A stretch of 59,232 nucleotides of DNA, from positions 1 to 59,232 of the forward strand of contig PEAF01000006.1 of NCBI GenBank assembly GCA_002753465.1, in the 5' to 3' direction. Position numbers and translations under genes: made by a program. The stretch is from Candidatus Omnitrophota bacterium (GTDB taxonomy: Bacteria; Omnitrophota; Gorgyraeia; Zapsychrales; Fredricksoniimonadaceae). Positions 1 to 9,087 of the stretch are shown here, in pieces. Under the pieces are notes generated by a model. It saw only the letters and a program-made list of their open reading frames with translations. It did not search any database and was not told the origin of the DNA. The stretch's first letter is position 1; each line of letters begins with the position of its first letter.

Positions 1-1
1 G

Positions 2-1096
2 AAGGGCGATCAATCCCCATACGATCACACGTAATGTCCGGCTGTTTTGGCGTATGGCCAGTGAAATGGCGATAAAAAAGAAGATGAATTCGATCGGCTG
101 CGCCCAGAGGCTGCGATACCATACGCCGCTTTTCAGGTATTCATGAAAGTTCAGGACGAAATAGATCCCCATTACAGCCAGGGCGATGAGGTGCTGTTTG
201 TCTTCTTTGGTTGTAAAGCGTTTGTGGAATGCCAGGTAGGCGATCCTGATGATAGAGGTAATGACGATCGCACCAAAAAAGAAATCAAGCCGGCTGGTAA
301 AAAGTTTCTGAACGAACAGGGTCCAGTAACTGGCGAGTGCGATCCAGGGCAGCGTATTGTAGGGTTGATCGGCATTGGCGTAGGGCATGCATTGACGCAG
401 TTCATAGAGAGGAAGCCCGCGGAGGAAAAAGAGATAGGCGGCGGCGATCACAACAGGTATGTAAAGCAGTACGGCGCGATAAAGGGTCGATCGGCTCGGG
501 AGCCCCGGCGTATGGCTGCTGCGGTCCGTTATAAAAGCTGTTGCGGCGATGGCGATAAGCCCGGCCACGCCGAAGTTGATCTTGATCATGGACAGGATGA
601 ATGCGGCGCCTACGGCCGTCCAAAGATAGCCTAGGCGCTGTTCGCGCACGTAAAAAAGCAGCATGGCGGCAATGGCATTCACGCACAGAATGCCGCCGAT
701 ATGGTTATAGGTGAAGAAGAAGTCTTGTGAGAAAAGATAGAACCAGACGGCGCCCAGCAGGGCGGCGGCAGGGTGGGCGATGGTGCCTACGGCTACAAAG
801 ATAAAGAGCCCGGCGCAAAATTTTATAATGGCTTTTCCGAGCAGGACGCTCAGCACATTGACCCCGTAGCATTTCATGAAGATCGCGTAGTAGAATGGCA
901 TAAGAGGGCCGTAAACCCACCAGTAATCCTGATAAGCCATATCTCCATGGAGTGTCCGTTCAAAGGCATACAGGTCGCGGCCGTGGTCGCCGGTAGATAA
1001 ATAACCCTGGATATCAAAGCTTTGCGCAATGATGATGAGGCCGGCGATGATCGCGAGCGGTAAGAAAATATTTTTAACAGATAGTGAGATTTTCAT
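2..1096 (-). CDS. Polytopic integral membrane protein, N-terminal 365 codons (C-terminus lies beyond the left window edge); possibly a GT-C/ArnT-like glycosyltransferase
   Basis: Absent from the ORF track because no stop lies in the window. Reverse-strand ATG at 1094-1096 (MKISLSVKNIFLPLAIIAGLIIIAQSFD...). Checking every plus-strand triplet of that frame down to base 2, I found no TTA/CTA/TCA (reverse stops). The translation is a run of hydrophobic helices (WWVYGPLMPFYYAIFM, GGILCVNAIAAMLLFYV, VMGIYFVLNF). Function is guessed from topology only. Confidence 0.6.
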   Translation of the reverse strand, partial: MKISLSVKNIFLPLAIIAGLIIIAQSFDIQGYLSTGDHGRDLYAFERTLHGDMAYQDYWWVYGPLMPFYYAIFMKCYGVNVLSVLLGKAIIKFCAGLFIFVAVGTIAHPAAALLGAVWFYLFSQDFFFTYNHIGGILCVNAIAAMLLFYVREQRLGYLWTAVGAAFILSMIKINFGVAGLIAIAATAFITDRSSHTPGLPSRSTLYRAVLLYIPVVIAAAYLFFLRGLPLYELRQCMPYANADQPYNTLPWIALASYWTLFVQKLFTSRLDFFFGAIVITSIIRIAYLAFHKRFTTKEDKQHLIALAVMGIYFVLNFHEYLKSGVWYRSLWAQPIEFIFFFIAISLAIRQNSRTLRVIVWGLIAL

Positions 1097-1149
1097 AGAG
1101 ATATCTTAAGGGGACTGACACGTCGTGTCAAAGGAACCCTTTAGAATGT

Positions 1150-1178
1150 TTGTCATTCGGGCTTTGCTTGGCTATAAT
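1150..1178 (+). promoter_or_regulatory. Sigma70-like promoter candidate for the 1219 operon
   Basis: TTGTCA (1150-1155), 17-nt spacer, TATAAT (1173-1178); AAGGAG Shine-Dalgarno follows before the ATG at 1219. Confidence 0.35.
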
Positions 1179-1218
1179 GCCGGGCATTGAATAGTCTTTA
1201 CAACCATAAGGAGTTTGT

Positions 1219-1617
1219 ATGAGCAATGAAGTTGAAGGTTTAAATCCAGTGCCAGCGCCGGCAGTACCAGTGGCTTCCGTTGTTCCAACACCCGTCCTGG
1301 CCAGCATTGACGATTTCAAGAAGTTCAAGTTTGTTGTCGCGCAGATCAAGGAAGTGACTATCCATCCGAATGCCGATAAGCTTTTTGTAGTTAAGGTAGA
1401 CACGGGTACGGAGGTGCGTCAATTGGTCGCCGGTATCAAGCGTTCATATACACCGGAACAGCTGGTGGGCCGTCGCGTTGTTATTGTTGCCAATCTCGCG
1501 CCTGCCGTTATCCGCGGCGTGGAATCGAACGGGATGATCCTGGCCGCGTCCGATGATGCGGGCGTATCGATCCTTCAGCCTGACCGGGATGTGGTGTTGG
1601 GGTCAACTGTCAAATAA
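1219..1617 (+). CDS. tRNA-binding (OB-fold) domain protein, CsaA/Trbp111/MetRS-C-terminal-domain-like
   Basis: Signature stretch FKFVVAQIKEVTIHPNADKLFVVKVDTG...LVAGIK...VVIVANLAPAVIRGVESNGMILAA. AAGGAG lies 5 nt upstream of the ATG. Confidence 0.8.
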   Translation: MSNEVEGLNPVPAPAVPVASVVPTPVLASIDDFKKFKFVVAQIKEVTIHPNADKLFVVKVDTGTEVRQLVAGIKRSYTPEQLVGRRVVIVANLAPAVIRGVESNGMILAASDDAGVSILQPDRDVVLGSTVK

Positions 1618-3011
1618 TGCAAACGCCTCAAATCCTAACTTCCCAGCAGTGTTTGTCCTGTCGCGGGTGCTGCCTTTTCCATGGCCCCAGCGGTGATTGG
1701 GCGCCGCGGCTTATGCCGGAAGATATTCAGGCTTTGATCCAGGTAACAGCCGATACTTCCTGGCTGCAAAGCTGTGACCGTATCGCGCTTAAATGCCGCG
1801 TTGGCGACGCGCGTGCGTGCGCGTTTTTGAATGAGCCGGACCATCATTGCCGTATGTATGCGCACAGGCCTTTTGAATGCCGTTTATATCCTTTTCTTCT
1901 TTCCCGTGAGAAAAATGCTTTTAAAGTTTATGCGCATTTGAGCTGCCCGGCCATAGCTGAGTTCAAGCGTAGCGGCGTCTGGGACCAGCATCTGGCAACG
2001 ATCAGGGCATTTTTTGAAAAGAAGGATGTCCGGTTCATGGTGGAGTGTGGGGCGGCCTGTTATCCGGATTATGCACTTTCACCCGACGAAGTCGAAGAAG
2101 TCCTTTCCTTTGACCCGGCTGAGGAGCTATGGGCTATGCGGCCGCTGCTGGAACGGGCACTGTCGTTACGGCCCCAGGTTTTGTCAGGGCGGGCCTTTGT
2201 GAATATGTTTGCGTGGAAGGATTTTTTTGAGTTCAGGCTGGAGGAACTTGACGGCCATGTGTGCGTTTTTGCGGATCAGTCGGCCGGGACATTCATGTAC
2301 TGGCCTCCGCTGGGCCGGGATATTCCCTCGGATGTGATCGACCGCTGTTTTGAGCGCATGAGCGCAAGGAATCGCGGCGGAAGCCTGACCCGCATTGAAA
2401 ATGTGGCGGAAGAGGAGCTGAAATATTTTGATCCGCTGAAATACCGTTTCGAGCGCCGGGGACAGGAATACGTTTATGCCCGCGCTGCTATCGCCGCTCT
2501 AACGGGAAATACCTATAAATCCCGTCGAGGAGAAGTGAATGCTTTTGAGAGCAGGTATGCTTATGTGTTTCGGCCGTATGAAGATGCCGACTTCAATGCC
2601 TGCGCCGATCTTTTTGACCGCTGGTCCGCTGGCCGTGCCGGCAAACATCAGGATGATATGTACCGGCATATGCTTGCGGAGAATCGCATGGTACATCGCC
2701 TGCTTTTAAGTTATGCTGTACGCCTTGGGCTTACAGGCCGGGTGGTTGTGGTTGATGGGAAGATCGCAGCGTATACTTTCGGTTATGCTTTAAATGCCGA
2801 TGTGTTTTGTGTGCTTTTGGAAGTGGCGGACGTTACGGTCAAGGGAGCGCCCTCCTTTATTTTCAGCCGCTTGTGTGATGACGAGGCGCTGGCCGGTTAT
2901 ACATGGGTCAATGTGATGGATGATTTTGATGCCAGCGACCTGGCGCGCACCAAGATGTCGTGGCGTCCGGCGAGGCTGGAGTCTTTTTATGCGGTGATGC
3001 GGAAAGGGTGA
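1617..3011 (+). CDS. Fusion protein: YkgJ/UPF0153-type CxxCxxCC cysteine-cluster domain plus DUF2156 (MprF C-terminal, aminoacyl-tRNA-dependent transferase-like) domain
   Basis: N-terminus has CLSCRGCC ... CAFLNEPDHHCRMYAHRPFECRLYPF. The C-terminal ~300 aa (GRAFVNMFAWKDFFEF..., FMYWPPLG) resemble DUF2156. The ATG overlaps the upstream stop (TAATG at 1615-1619). Confidence 0.65.
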   Translation: MQTPQILTSQQCLSCRGCCLFHGPSGDWAPRLMPEDIQALIQVTADTSWLQSCDRIALKCRVGDARACAFLNEPDHHCRMYAHRPFECRLYPFLLSREKNAFKVYAHLSCPAIAEFKRSGVWDQHLATIRAFFEKKDVRFMVECGAACYPDYALSPDEVEEVLSFDPAEELWAMRPLLERALSLRPQVLSGRAFVNMFAWKDFFEFRLEELDGHVCVFADQSAGTFMYWPPLGRDIPSDVIDRCFERMSARNRGGSLTRIENVAEEELKYFDPLKYRFERRGQEYVYARAAIAALTGNTYKSRRGEVNAFESRYAYVFRPYEDADFNACADLFDRWSAGRAGKHQDDMYRHMLAENRMVHRLLLSYAVRLGLTGRVVVVDGKIAAYTFGYALNADVFCVLLEVADVTVKGAPSFIFSRLCDDEALAGYTWVNVMDDFDASDLARTKMSWRPARLESFYAVMRKG

Positions 3012-3014
3012 TCG

Positions 3015-3635
3015 ATGAAGATTGCGGACATGGATTATATTGTTTTTGACGTCGAAACAACGGGGCTTTCGCCGGCAGACGGGGATCGTATCATTGAGCT
3101 GGCGGCCGCGCGCGTCCGGCGGGGTGCGATCATTGACCGGTATACGACGTTTGTAAACCCGCTGCGACCGCTCAATCCCGAGGCGCAGAAGGTGAATAAC
3201 ATTTCGCAGGACATGGTCAAGGACGCGCCGACGTCGGCGGAGATCCTGCCGCGGGTCATGGTGGTCGCCGGCAGTTCGTGCCTGGTGGCGCATAACGCTT
3301 CTTTTGATATTAAATTTGTCAGTTTTGAGCTGGCCCGGGCAGGCCGTAAGCTCCAGGAGACAACGCCGGTCCTGGATACGATGAAGATGTCCAGGAGTTT
3401 CCTGCCGCATCTGACCAATCAGCGGCTGGGATATATCGCTCAATCGCTGGGGGTTGTGGTGGGGACGACGCACCGCGCGCTGGCGGACGTCGAGATACTG
3501 GCTGCCGTCATGAATCGCCTTTTCGGCCTCGCTCCCGACTATAATGTGCTGACGTTCCAGGATCTAATCAGCCGTTTTGGTGTTGAGAAGCCGAGCTTCA
3601 AGGTCCTCAGTGCGACGCAGCCTTCTTTATTTTGA
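3015..3635 (+). CDS. DEDDh 3'-5' exonuclease, DNA polymerase III epsilon (DnaQ)-like
   Basis: Exo motifs FDVETTGL, AHNASFDIKF and HRALADVEILA. The start is 4 nt after the upstream stop. Confidence 0.8.
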   Translation: MKIADMDYIVFDVETTGLSPADGDRIIELAAARVRRGAIIDRYTTFVNPLRPLNPEAQKVNNISQDMVKDAPTSAEILPRVMVVAGSSCLVAHNASFDIKFVSFELARAGRKLQETTPVLDTMKMSRSFLPHLTNQRLGYIAQSLGVVVGTTHRALADVEILAAVMNRLFGLAPDYNVLTFQDLISRFGVEKPSFKVLSATQPSLF

Positions 3636-3657
3636 TCCATATTTTCTAAAGACGCGC

Positions 3658-3686
3658 TTGCGAAGCGCCTGGCCGGTGGTTATAAT
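3658..3686 (+). promoter_or_regulatory. Sigma70-like promoter candidate; -10 box ends 8 nt before ATG 3695 (leaderless candidate)
   Basis: TTGCGA (3658-3663), 17-nt spacer, TATAAT (3681-3686), then GGGTGCGC and ATG; no Shine-Dalgarno. Confidence 0.35.
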
Positions 3687-3694
3687 GGGTGCGC

Positions 3695-4768
3695 ATGAAA
3701 TTAAATAAACTATTTATCTTTTTTATATTATTACTTATCGGTGCTCCTGTGGCCGCGCGAGCGCAGGATGCTGCCGTCGTGCCTGACAAGGATGCCGGTC
3801 AGCCTGCAGGCATGGAGCAGGTTTTGCCTCAGTGGAAATCTTCTTTAGGTGAGATCCAGCGGGCTTCAGCGGCATTGCTCGAGTCCAATTCGGCCCTGAC
3901 GGCTGAGCATAATCAGGTTAAGCAGGAATTGGAGCAATTGCAGGCCAAGATCGATGCCGAGCGCACCGGGAATGCCAAGATGGCTGATGAAATAGCTCAG
4001 TGGCAGGCCAAAGGGCGCCAGGCTGGCGACCCTGTTGAGATAGCGCGTGTTAAAGCTTTGCTGGCCCAGCGCGAACTTGAGGTCAAAGAGCAGCAGGACG
4101 CATTGGCGGCCGCCAAGTTACGCCGCGGCAGCGCGGAGAGCCATGCCGCGGTGATGCGTGTGCAGGTGGCTGACCTGGCGGTTGTGGCTAAGATGCATGA
4201 AGTTGATATGAAGGCGCAGAGCGGTGTCCGCATTGAAGAGGTTCGGGCGGAAACAGAGCGCGTGAAAGACCGTACGGCCATTACGGCCGAGCAGATACGC
4301 CTGCTAGGAGAAAAAACAGCTGAACTGGCGGCGTTGAAGACCCCTTATTTGCCGCAGGCACGTGAAATGGTCCGTGTCAACGCAGAGCTTAAGGGGCGGG
4401 TGGCTTCTTTGTCGTCCATGAAAGAGCAGGCTCTGGCCGAGATGTCCCAGCTTGATGCGGCCAAGGGTTTGGCTAATGCCGATGTGCGCGTTCAGCGGTT
4501 GCGCCAGTTGCTGGCCCAGCGGGATGAGATGCAGGCCCATTTAAAAGACAATACGGCTAAACTTGAAGCATTGAACACCCTTAAGCCGGAAGAGCTTGTA
4601 GACCCCATGACCGACGATGAGGCGCAGGCTCAGAAGATCGAGCGTCAAAATGCTTTTATTGAAGATGAGATCGGTAACTTGCGCGAGAACATCGCCCTGT
4701 TGGAATATAAGGTCACGACGCTTGAGCGCTATGACGGCCGTAATAAACCGGTGAGCAAAGTTAAATAG
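3695..4768 (+). CDS. Secreted coiled-coil protein of unknown function
   Basis: Signal peptide MKLNKLFIFFILLLIGAPVAARAQD, followed by ~330 aa of A/E/Q/K/L-rich heptad-like sequence. ATG 3695 is preferred over the track's GTG 3689. Confidence 0.7.
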   Translation: MKLNKLFIFFILLLIGAPVAARAQDAAVVPDKDAGQPAGMEQVLPQWKSSLGEIQRASAALLESNSALTAEHNQVKQELEQLQAKIDAERTGNAKMADEIAQWQAKGRQAGDPVEIARVKALLAQRELEVKEQQDALAAAKLRRGSAESHAAVMRVQVADLAVVAKMHEVDMKAQSGVRIEEVRAETERVKDRTAITAEQIRLLGEKTAELAALKTPYLPQAREMVRVNAELKGRVASLSSMKEQALAEMSQLDAAKGLANADVRVQRLRQLLAQRDEMQAHLKDNTAKLEALNTLKPEELVDPMTDDEAQAQKIERQNAFIEDEIGNLRENIALLEYKVTTLERYDGRNKPVSKVK

Positions 4769-4776
4769 GAGTTCAC

Positions 4777-5262
4777 ATGGAAGATATCCTTGAAATACTG
4801 ATCAATGATGCGCGCACCAGCGCTGATGAGATCGCCAAAATGACAGGCAAGCCCGTGGCGGCGGTCAAGAAGCAGATCAAGCAATATGAACAGGATGGGA
4901 CCATTGTACATTATAAGGCGATCATCAATCCTGAGATGGTCGAGGGCAATCAGAACCTCGTGCGGGCCCTGATCCAGGTCAGCATTACGCCGCAGAAGGA
5001 CGTCGGGTTCGACCATATCGCCGAGCGCATTTACAACTTTGCCGAGGTGAAAAGCTGTTACCTTGTTTCAGGGAGCTATGACCTTTTGCTGGTTGTCGAA
5101 GGCACGAGCATTCAGACCGTGGCGGAGTTTGTTTCATCGAAGCTTTCGCCGATGGAGAACGTGCGCCAGACATCCACGCATTTCCTGCTGAAGAAATATA
5201 AAGATGACGGCAGGATCTTCAAGGTCGCGCAGCGTCAAAAAAGACTGAACATCACTTATTAA
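4777..5262 (+). CDS. Lrp/AsnC family transcriptional regulator
   Basis: N-terminal HTH (ILEILINDARTSADEIAKMTGKPVAAVKKQIKQYEQDG) plus a C-terminal RAM/AsnC-type ligand domain; GGAG upstream. Confidence 0.85.
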   Translation: MEDILEILINDARTSADEIAKMTGKPVAAVKKQIKQYEQDGTIVHYKAIINPEMVEGNQNLVRALIQVSITPQKDVGFDHIAERIYNFAEVKSCYLVSGSYDLLLVVEGTSIQTVAEFVSSKLSPMENVRQTSTHFLLKKYKDDGRIFKVAQRQKRLNITY

Positions 5263-5287
5263 AACGCATACCGTTTAAAGGCGCGCC

Positions 5288-6451
5288 ATGCAAGTTGCCA
5301 AAGCTGTTGAACAGATTCCCCCGTCAGGTATTCGCGCATTCTTCGACCTTGTTATGGGGATGAAGGATGTTATTTCGCTCGGTGTGGGCGAGCCTGATTT
5401 CGTAACGCCCTGGAACATCCGTGAGCATGCCATCTATTCGCTGGAGCATGGCTATACGACGTACACGTCCAACAAGGGCATGCCGGAGCTGCGCAAGGAC
5501 ATCGTAAAATTCCTTAAGTGGCGGTATGACCTGGAATACGACTGGGATAAGGAAATGCTTATTACGGTCGGTGCCAGCGAGGCCATGGACCTTGTTTTTC
5601 GGGCAATCCTCAATCCCGGCGAAAAAGTCCTGGTGCATGAACCGTGTTTTGTGGCGTACGCACCGCTCGTGACATTGGCCGGCGGCGTAGCTGTGCCGGT
5701 GGTGACATCGGCCGATCAGGGATTTAAGGTAACGCCCAAGGTGCTGGAGCGGGCATGGACCAAGGGCGTCAAGGCCATGATCCTGAATTATCCTTGCAAT
5801 CCGACGGGGACGTCGTATACGCGCAATGAGCTTTTGGCCATCGCTAAATTCGCGAAGAAGCATGACCTTCTGGTTGTTTCAGATGAAATTTATGATGAGC
5901 TGACGTATGATTTTGAACATACGCCGTTGGCTACATTGCCGGGCATGAAAGCGCGTACGGTCTATCTGAACGGTTTTTCCAAAGCTTATGCCATGACGGG
6001 TTTCCGTTTGGGTTGGGCGGCGGGGCCTGAGCATATTCTGGCGGCCATGACCAAGATCCATCAGTACACCATTATGTGTGCGCCGATCACCAGCCAGATG
6101 GCCGGCCGTGAGGCTATCCGCAACGGCGCCAAAGAAGTGCAGGCCATGAAGAAGGAATACGACAGACGCCGGCATTTTATTGTGACATCGCTCAACGAGA
6201 TGGGCATGGACTGCCATATGCCCCAGGGCGCATTTTATGCGTTCCCGTCGATCAAGGGGCTTAAGCTGGGTATGAGTTCGATGGATTTTGCCAAGGACCT
6301 TCTGGAAAAAGAAAAGGTTGCGCTGGTGCCGGGCAATGCGTTCGGATCGCAGTGCGCCGACCATATCCGCATTTCATATGCGTCCAGTTATGACAATTTG
6401 CATGCAGCGGTGGTGCGTATGAAGCATTATCTGGAGCATCACCGTGCCTAG
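5288..6451 (+). CDS. Class I/II pyridoxal-phosphate-dependent aminotransferase (aspartate/aromatic type)
   Basis: PLP-lysine context NGFSKAYAMTGFRLGW, plus NYPCNPTG and the terminal RISYA motif. Confidence 0.9.
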   Translation: MQVAKAVEQIPPSGIRAFFDLVMGMKDVISLGVGEPDFVTPWNIREHAIYSLEHGYTTYTSNKGMPELRKDIVKFLKWRYDLEYDWDKEMLITVGASEAMDLVFRAILNPGEKVLVHEPCFVAYAPLVTLAGGVAVPVVTSADQGFKVTPKVLERAWTKGVKAMILNYPCNPTGTSYTRNELLAIAKFAKKHDLLVVSDEIYDELTYDFEHTPLATLPGMKARTVYLNGFSKAYAMTGFRLGWAAGPEHILAAMTKIHQYTIMCAPITSQMAGREAIRNGAKEVQAMKKEYDRRRHFIVTSLNEMGMDCHMPQGAFYAFPSIKGLKLGMSSMDFAKDLLEKEKVALVPGNAFGSQCADHIRISYASSYDNLHAAVVRMKHYLEHHRA

Positions 6452-6830
6452 ACATCAGAAGCCGTCACAGGACAGTCAGTCGTTCGAGATCGCCTTCTTT
6501 GAGAACGTCCTGAGGTACAGCCCGGACTTTATTGAGGCCATGGTGGCCCTGGCTGAATTGTACACCAAAGAGGGGCAGCATGAAAAAGGCCTGGCGCTGG
6601 ATTTACGCCTCGTGCAATTACGTCCGCACGAGCCTGTGATCCTTTATAATCTGGCCTGCAGCCTTTCGCTGGTCAATGACGTGGCAGGCGCTTTTGAGGC
6701 CATGAAGCGTGCCGTGGCCAACGGGTACGTGGATTTCGATCATTTGGAAAAAGACAGGGACCTTTTGAATTTACTGACGGATGTTGATTTTCAGGAATAT
6801 TACCGGACCGTCAAGGGTCCGGGCAAATAA
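6444..6830 (+). CDS. Small TPR-like repeat protein
   Basis: TPR-like helices (ALAELYTKEGQHEKGLALDLRLVQLRPHEPVILYNLACSL...). GTG start overlaps the aminotransferase stop by 8 nt; the start is uncertain. Confidence 0.5.
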   Translation: MPRHQKPSQDSQSFEIAFFENVLRYSPDFIEAMVALAELYTKEGQHEKGLALDLRLVQLRPHEPVILYNLACSLSLVNDVAGAFEAMKRAVANGYVDFDHLEKDRDLLNLLTDVDFQEYYRTVKGPGK

Positions 6831-6844
6831 GACAGGAGTGATGT

Positions 6845-7750
6845 ATGGGGCTTTTGGTATTAGGGACCGTGGCACTGGACAGTGTTAAAACGCCGTCGGG
6901 CCTGAAAAAGAACATGCTGGGCGGATCTGCAGCGCATTTCTCCATGAGCGCGCGCCTTTTTGATGATGTCCACATGGTGGGCGTTGTGGGCAAGGATTTT
7001 CCCAAGGTCCATCTGGATTTCTTAAAACGCAAGAACATAAATATTTCATCGGTGACTTTGGCCGATGGCAAGACGTTCCGCTGGTCAGGCGAATATAAGC
7101 CCGAAGACCTTAACAGTGCGATCACGCACGACACGCAGTTGGGCGTGCTGGAATCTTACGTGCCCCAGTTGACCGAGCAGCAGAAGAATATGGGCCATGT
7201 TTTCCTGGCGAATCTGGCGCCGGCCGTTCAGGAGAAATTACTCCGTCTGGTCAAAAAGCCGTCGATGGTCGGTCTGGATACAATGAATCTATGGATCAAT
7301 ATTGCGCTTAAAGACCTGAAGCGGCTGATGAAAAATGTTGATCTGATGGTCCTTAATGACGGCGAAGCCAAAATGCTGACCGGTGAGCGCAATGCCATTG
7401 CCGCGGCCAAGGTGATCCGTTCCATGGGGCCGGGGATCGTGGTGATAAAAAAAGGCGAGCATGGCGTTTACGTGCTCGGCGGAAACTTTCATTTTTCATA
7501 TCCGGCCTACCCGATCGCGCGCGTGGTTGATCCCACCGGGGCGGGGGATACTTTTGCCGGCGGTTTTTTCGGATATTTATCCAAATCCAAGAAGATGGAT
7601 GAGAAGACGCTGCGCCGCGCGGCGGTTTACGGTACGGTCGTGGCATCATTCAATGTCGAAGGGTTTGGTATGGGCCGTACGGCTCCTTTGACCATGAAGG
7701 AGGTCGATAAGCGCTTGAAGGAATATCATCATTTCTGCGCTTTCGCCTGA
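6845..7750 (+). CDS. PfkB-family carbohydrate/nucleoside kinase
   Basis: PfkB signature DPTGAGDTFAGGF near the C-terminus and GGSAAH near the N-terminus. Confidence 0.85.
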   Translation: MGLLVLGTVALDSVKTPSGLKKNMLGGSAAHFSMSARLFDDVHMVGVVGKDFPKVHLDFLKRKNINISSVTLADGKTFRWSGEYKPEDLNSAITHDTQLGVLESYVPQLTEQQKNMGHVFLANLAPAVQEKLLRLVKKPSMVGLDTMNLWINIALKDLKRLMKNVDLMVLNDGEAKMLTGERNAIAAAKVIRSMGPGIVVIKKGEHGVYVLGGNFHFSYPAYPIARVVDPTGAGDTFAGGFFGYLSKSKKMDEKTLRRAAVYGTVVASFNVEGFGMGRTAPLTMKEVDKRLKEYHHFCAFA

Positions 7751-7752
7751 TT

Positions 7753-8025
7753 ATGGAACGATTGCAGTCTTTGGCTTTAGCGGCGTCAGTGATCATGCCG
7801 CTGTGGAATATCCCGCTCATTGTCAAGATCGTTCAGCGCCGGTCTGCCGAGGACCTTTCGGTCCCGTGGATGCTGGGTGTATGGGTTTGCATGTTGCTGA
7901 TGCTGCCCTGGGCCGTTGTTTCGCCGGACATTGTCCTGAAGGTTTTTAGCATAGTGAACTTCGTGCTTTTCTCGGGCGTTGTCATCGTAGGTCTTAAATA
8001 CCGTAAAGGATGTGCGCATGGTTAA
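7753..8025 (+). CDS. 90-aa three-helix membrane protein, PQ-loop/SemiSWEET-like
   Basis: Three predicted TM helices. After TM1 comes the motif NIPLIVKIVQRRSAEDLS, which resembles the PQ-loop motif with L in place of Q. The start is 3 nt after the kinase stop. Confidence 0.45.
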   Translation: MERLQSLALAASVIMPLWNIPLIVKIVQRRSAEDLSVPWMLGVWVCMLLMLPWAVVSPDIVLKVFSIVNFVLFSGVVIVGLKYRKGCAHG

Positions 8026-9028
8026 GCGGGCTAAGGTAAATAAAGCGAAGATCAATAAGACCAAAGTCAAGAAGGTAAAAGTCGAGGCGCCTGTGATCGA
8101 GAAGGCGCAGCCGGAGGCGCTGCTTAAGTGCGGCTTTGTCTCCATCATCGGCCGTCCGAATACGGGAAAATCGACGCTGCTCAATCAGATCGTCGGTGAG
8201 AAGGTGGCGATCGTTTCGCCGATCCCGCAAACAACGCGTACGGCCATCCGCGGCATACTGACCGATGAGCGCGGGCAGATCGTTTTCGTGGATACGCCGG
8301 GCTGGCACAGCGGGCGTGACGGGCTTGACCGGTTCATGAACAAGTCCTGCCAGAACAGCATCGAAGGCGTTGATTGCGTTGTATATGTGGTTGATACATC
8401 GCGCGCCGTCGGTCCTGAAGAGGAGCAGATCGCGCAGCGCCTCAAGCACGTGAAGGTCCCGATCGTCATGGCGCTTAACAAGACGGACCTGAGAAGCAAA
8501 TATTTACATCAGTACCTTGAGCTTTGGGAGACGACGCGTCAGCAGAAGCTTGATACCATGAAAGATTTTGTGATGATCCCCGTCTCCGGCCGCAGCGGGA
8601 CACAGGTTGACAAGCTGGTTGATGTTGTTTTTGATTTTCTGCCGCTGGGCCATTTCTTTTACGAGACTGATATTGTTTCCGATATGTCGCAGAAGCAGCT
8701 GGTGAGTGACATTATCCGTGAGAAACTGTTCCTTTTGACCCGCGAGGAGCTGCCGCATTCGATCGCTGTTGTTATCGACGAGCTGCGCCCTGTCAAGGGC
8801 AAGACAACGCGTATCCGCGCGGTTATTTACGTGGAGCGTGACTCACAGAAAGAGATCGTTATCGGCGCCAAGGGGCAGATGCTTAAAAAGGTCGGGACCA
8901 TGGCGCGTGAAGAGCTTGAGGTCCTTTTGGAAACCAAGGTATTCATTGAATTGCATGTGAAGGCCCGCAAGGATTGGCGTGATGATCACGGCATGCTGGC
9001 GGATATGGGCTATATCCTTGAGTTATGA
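8018..9028 (+). CDS. era: GTPase Era
   Basis: G1 GRPNTGKST, G3 DTPG, G4 NKTD and a C-terminal KH domain. An unusual Lys-rich ~40-aa N-terminal extension is present. ATG 8018 is preferred over the track's GTG 8012. Confidence 0.9.
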   Translation: MVKRAKVNKAKINKTKVKKVKVEAPVIEKAQPEALLKCGFVSIIGRPNTGKSTLLNQIVGEKVAIVSPIPQTTRTAIRGILTDERGQIVFVDTPGWHSGRDGLDRFMNKSCQNSIEGVDCVVYVVDTSRAVGPEEEQIAQRLKHVKVPIVMALNKTDLRSKYLHQYLELWETTRQQKLDTMKDFVMIPVSGRSGTQVDKLVDVVFDFLPLGHFFYETDIVSDMSQKQLVSDIIREKLFLLTREELPHSIAVVIDELRPVKGKTTRIRAVIYVERDSQKEIVIGAKGQMLKKVGTMAREELEVLLETKVFIELHVKARKDWRDDHGMLADMGYILEL

Positions 9029-9087
9029 TCAGGATATATGATATATTTGAAGAAAGCAGGATCCCGCTTGTTCATTAAGGAGACGCC

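Noticed and set aside
143-634. Plus-strand ORF of 163 aa (with neighbouring short ORFs at 337-534, 402-686 and 705-920) at the left edge of the window
   Set aside because: The whole region 2-1096 is one uninterrupted reverse-strand frame encoding a convincing polytopic membrane protein with its ATG at 1094-1096. The listed ORFs are shadow frames with low-complexity, Arg/Gly-rich translations.
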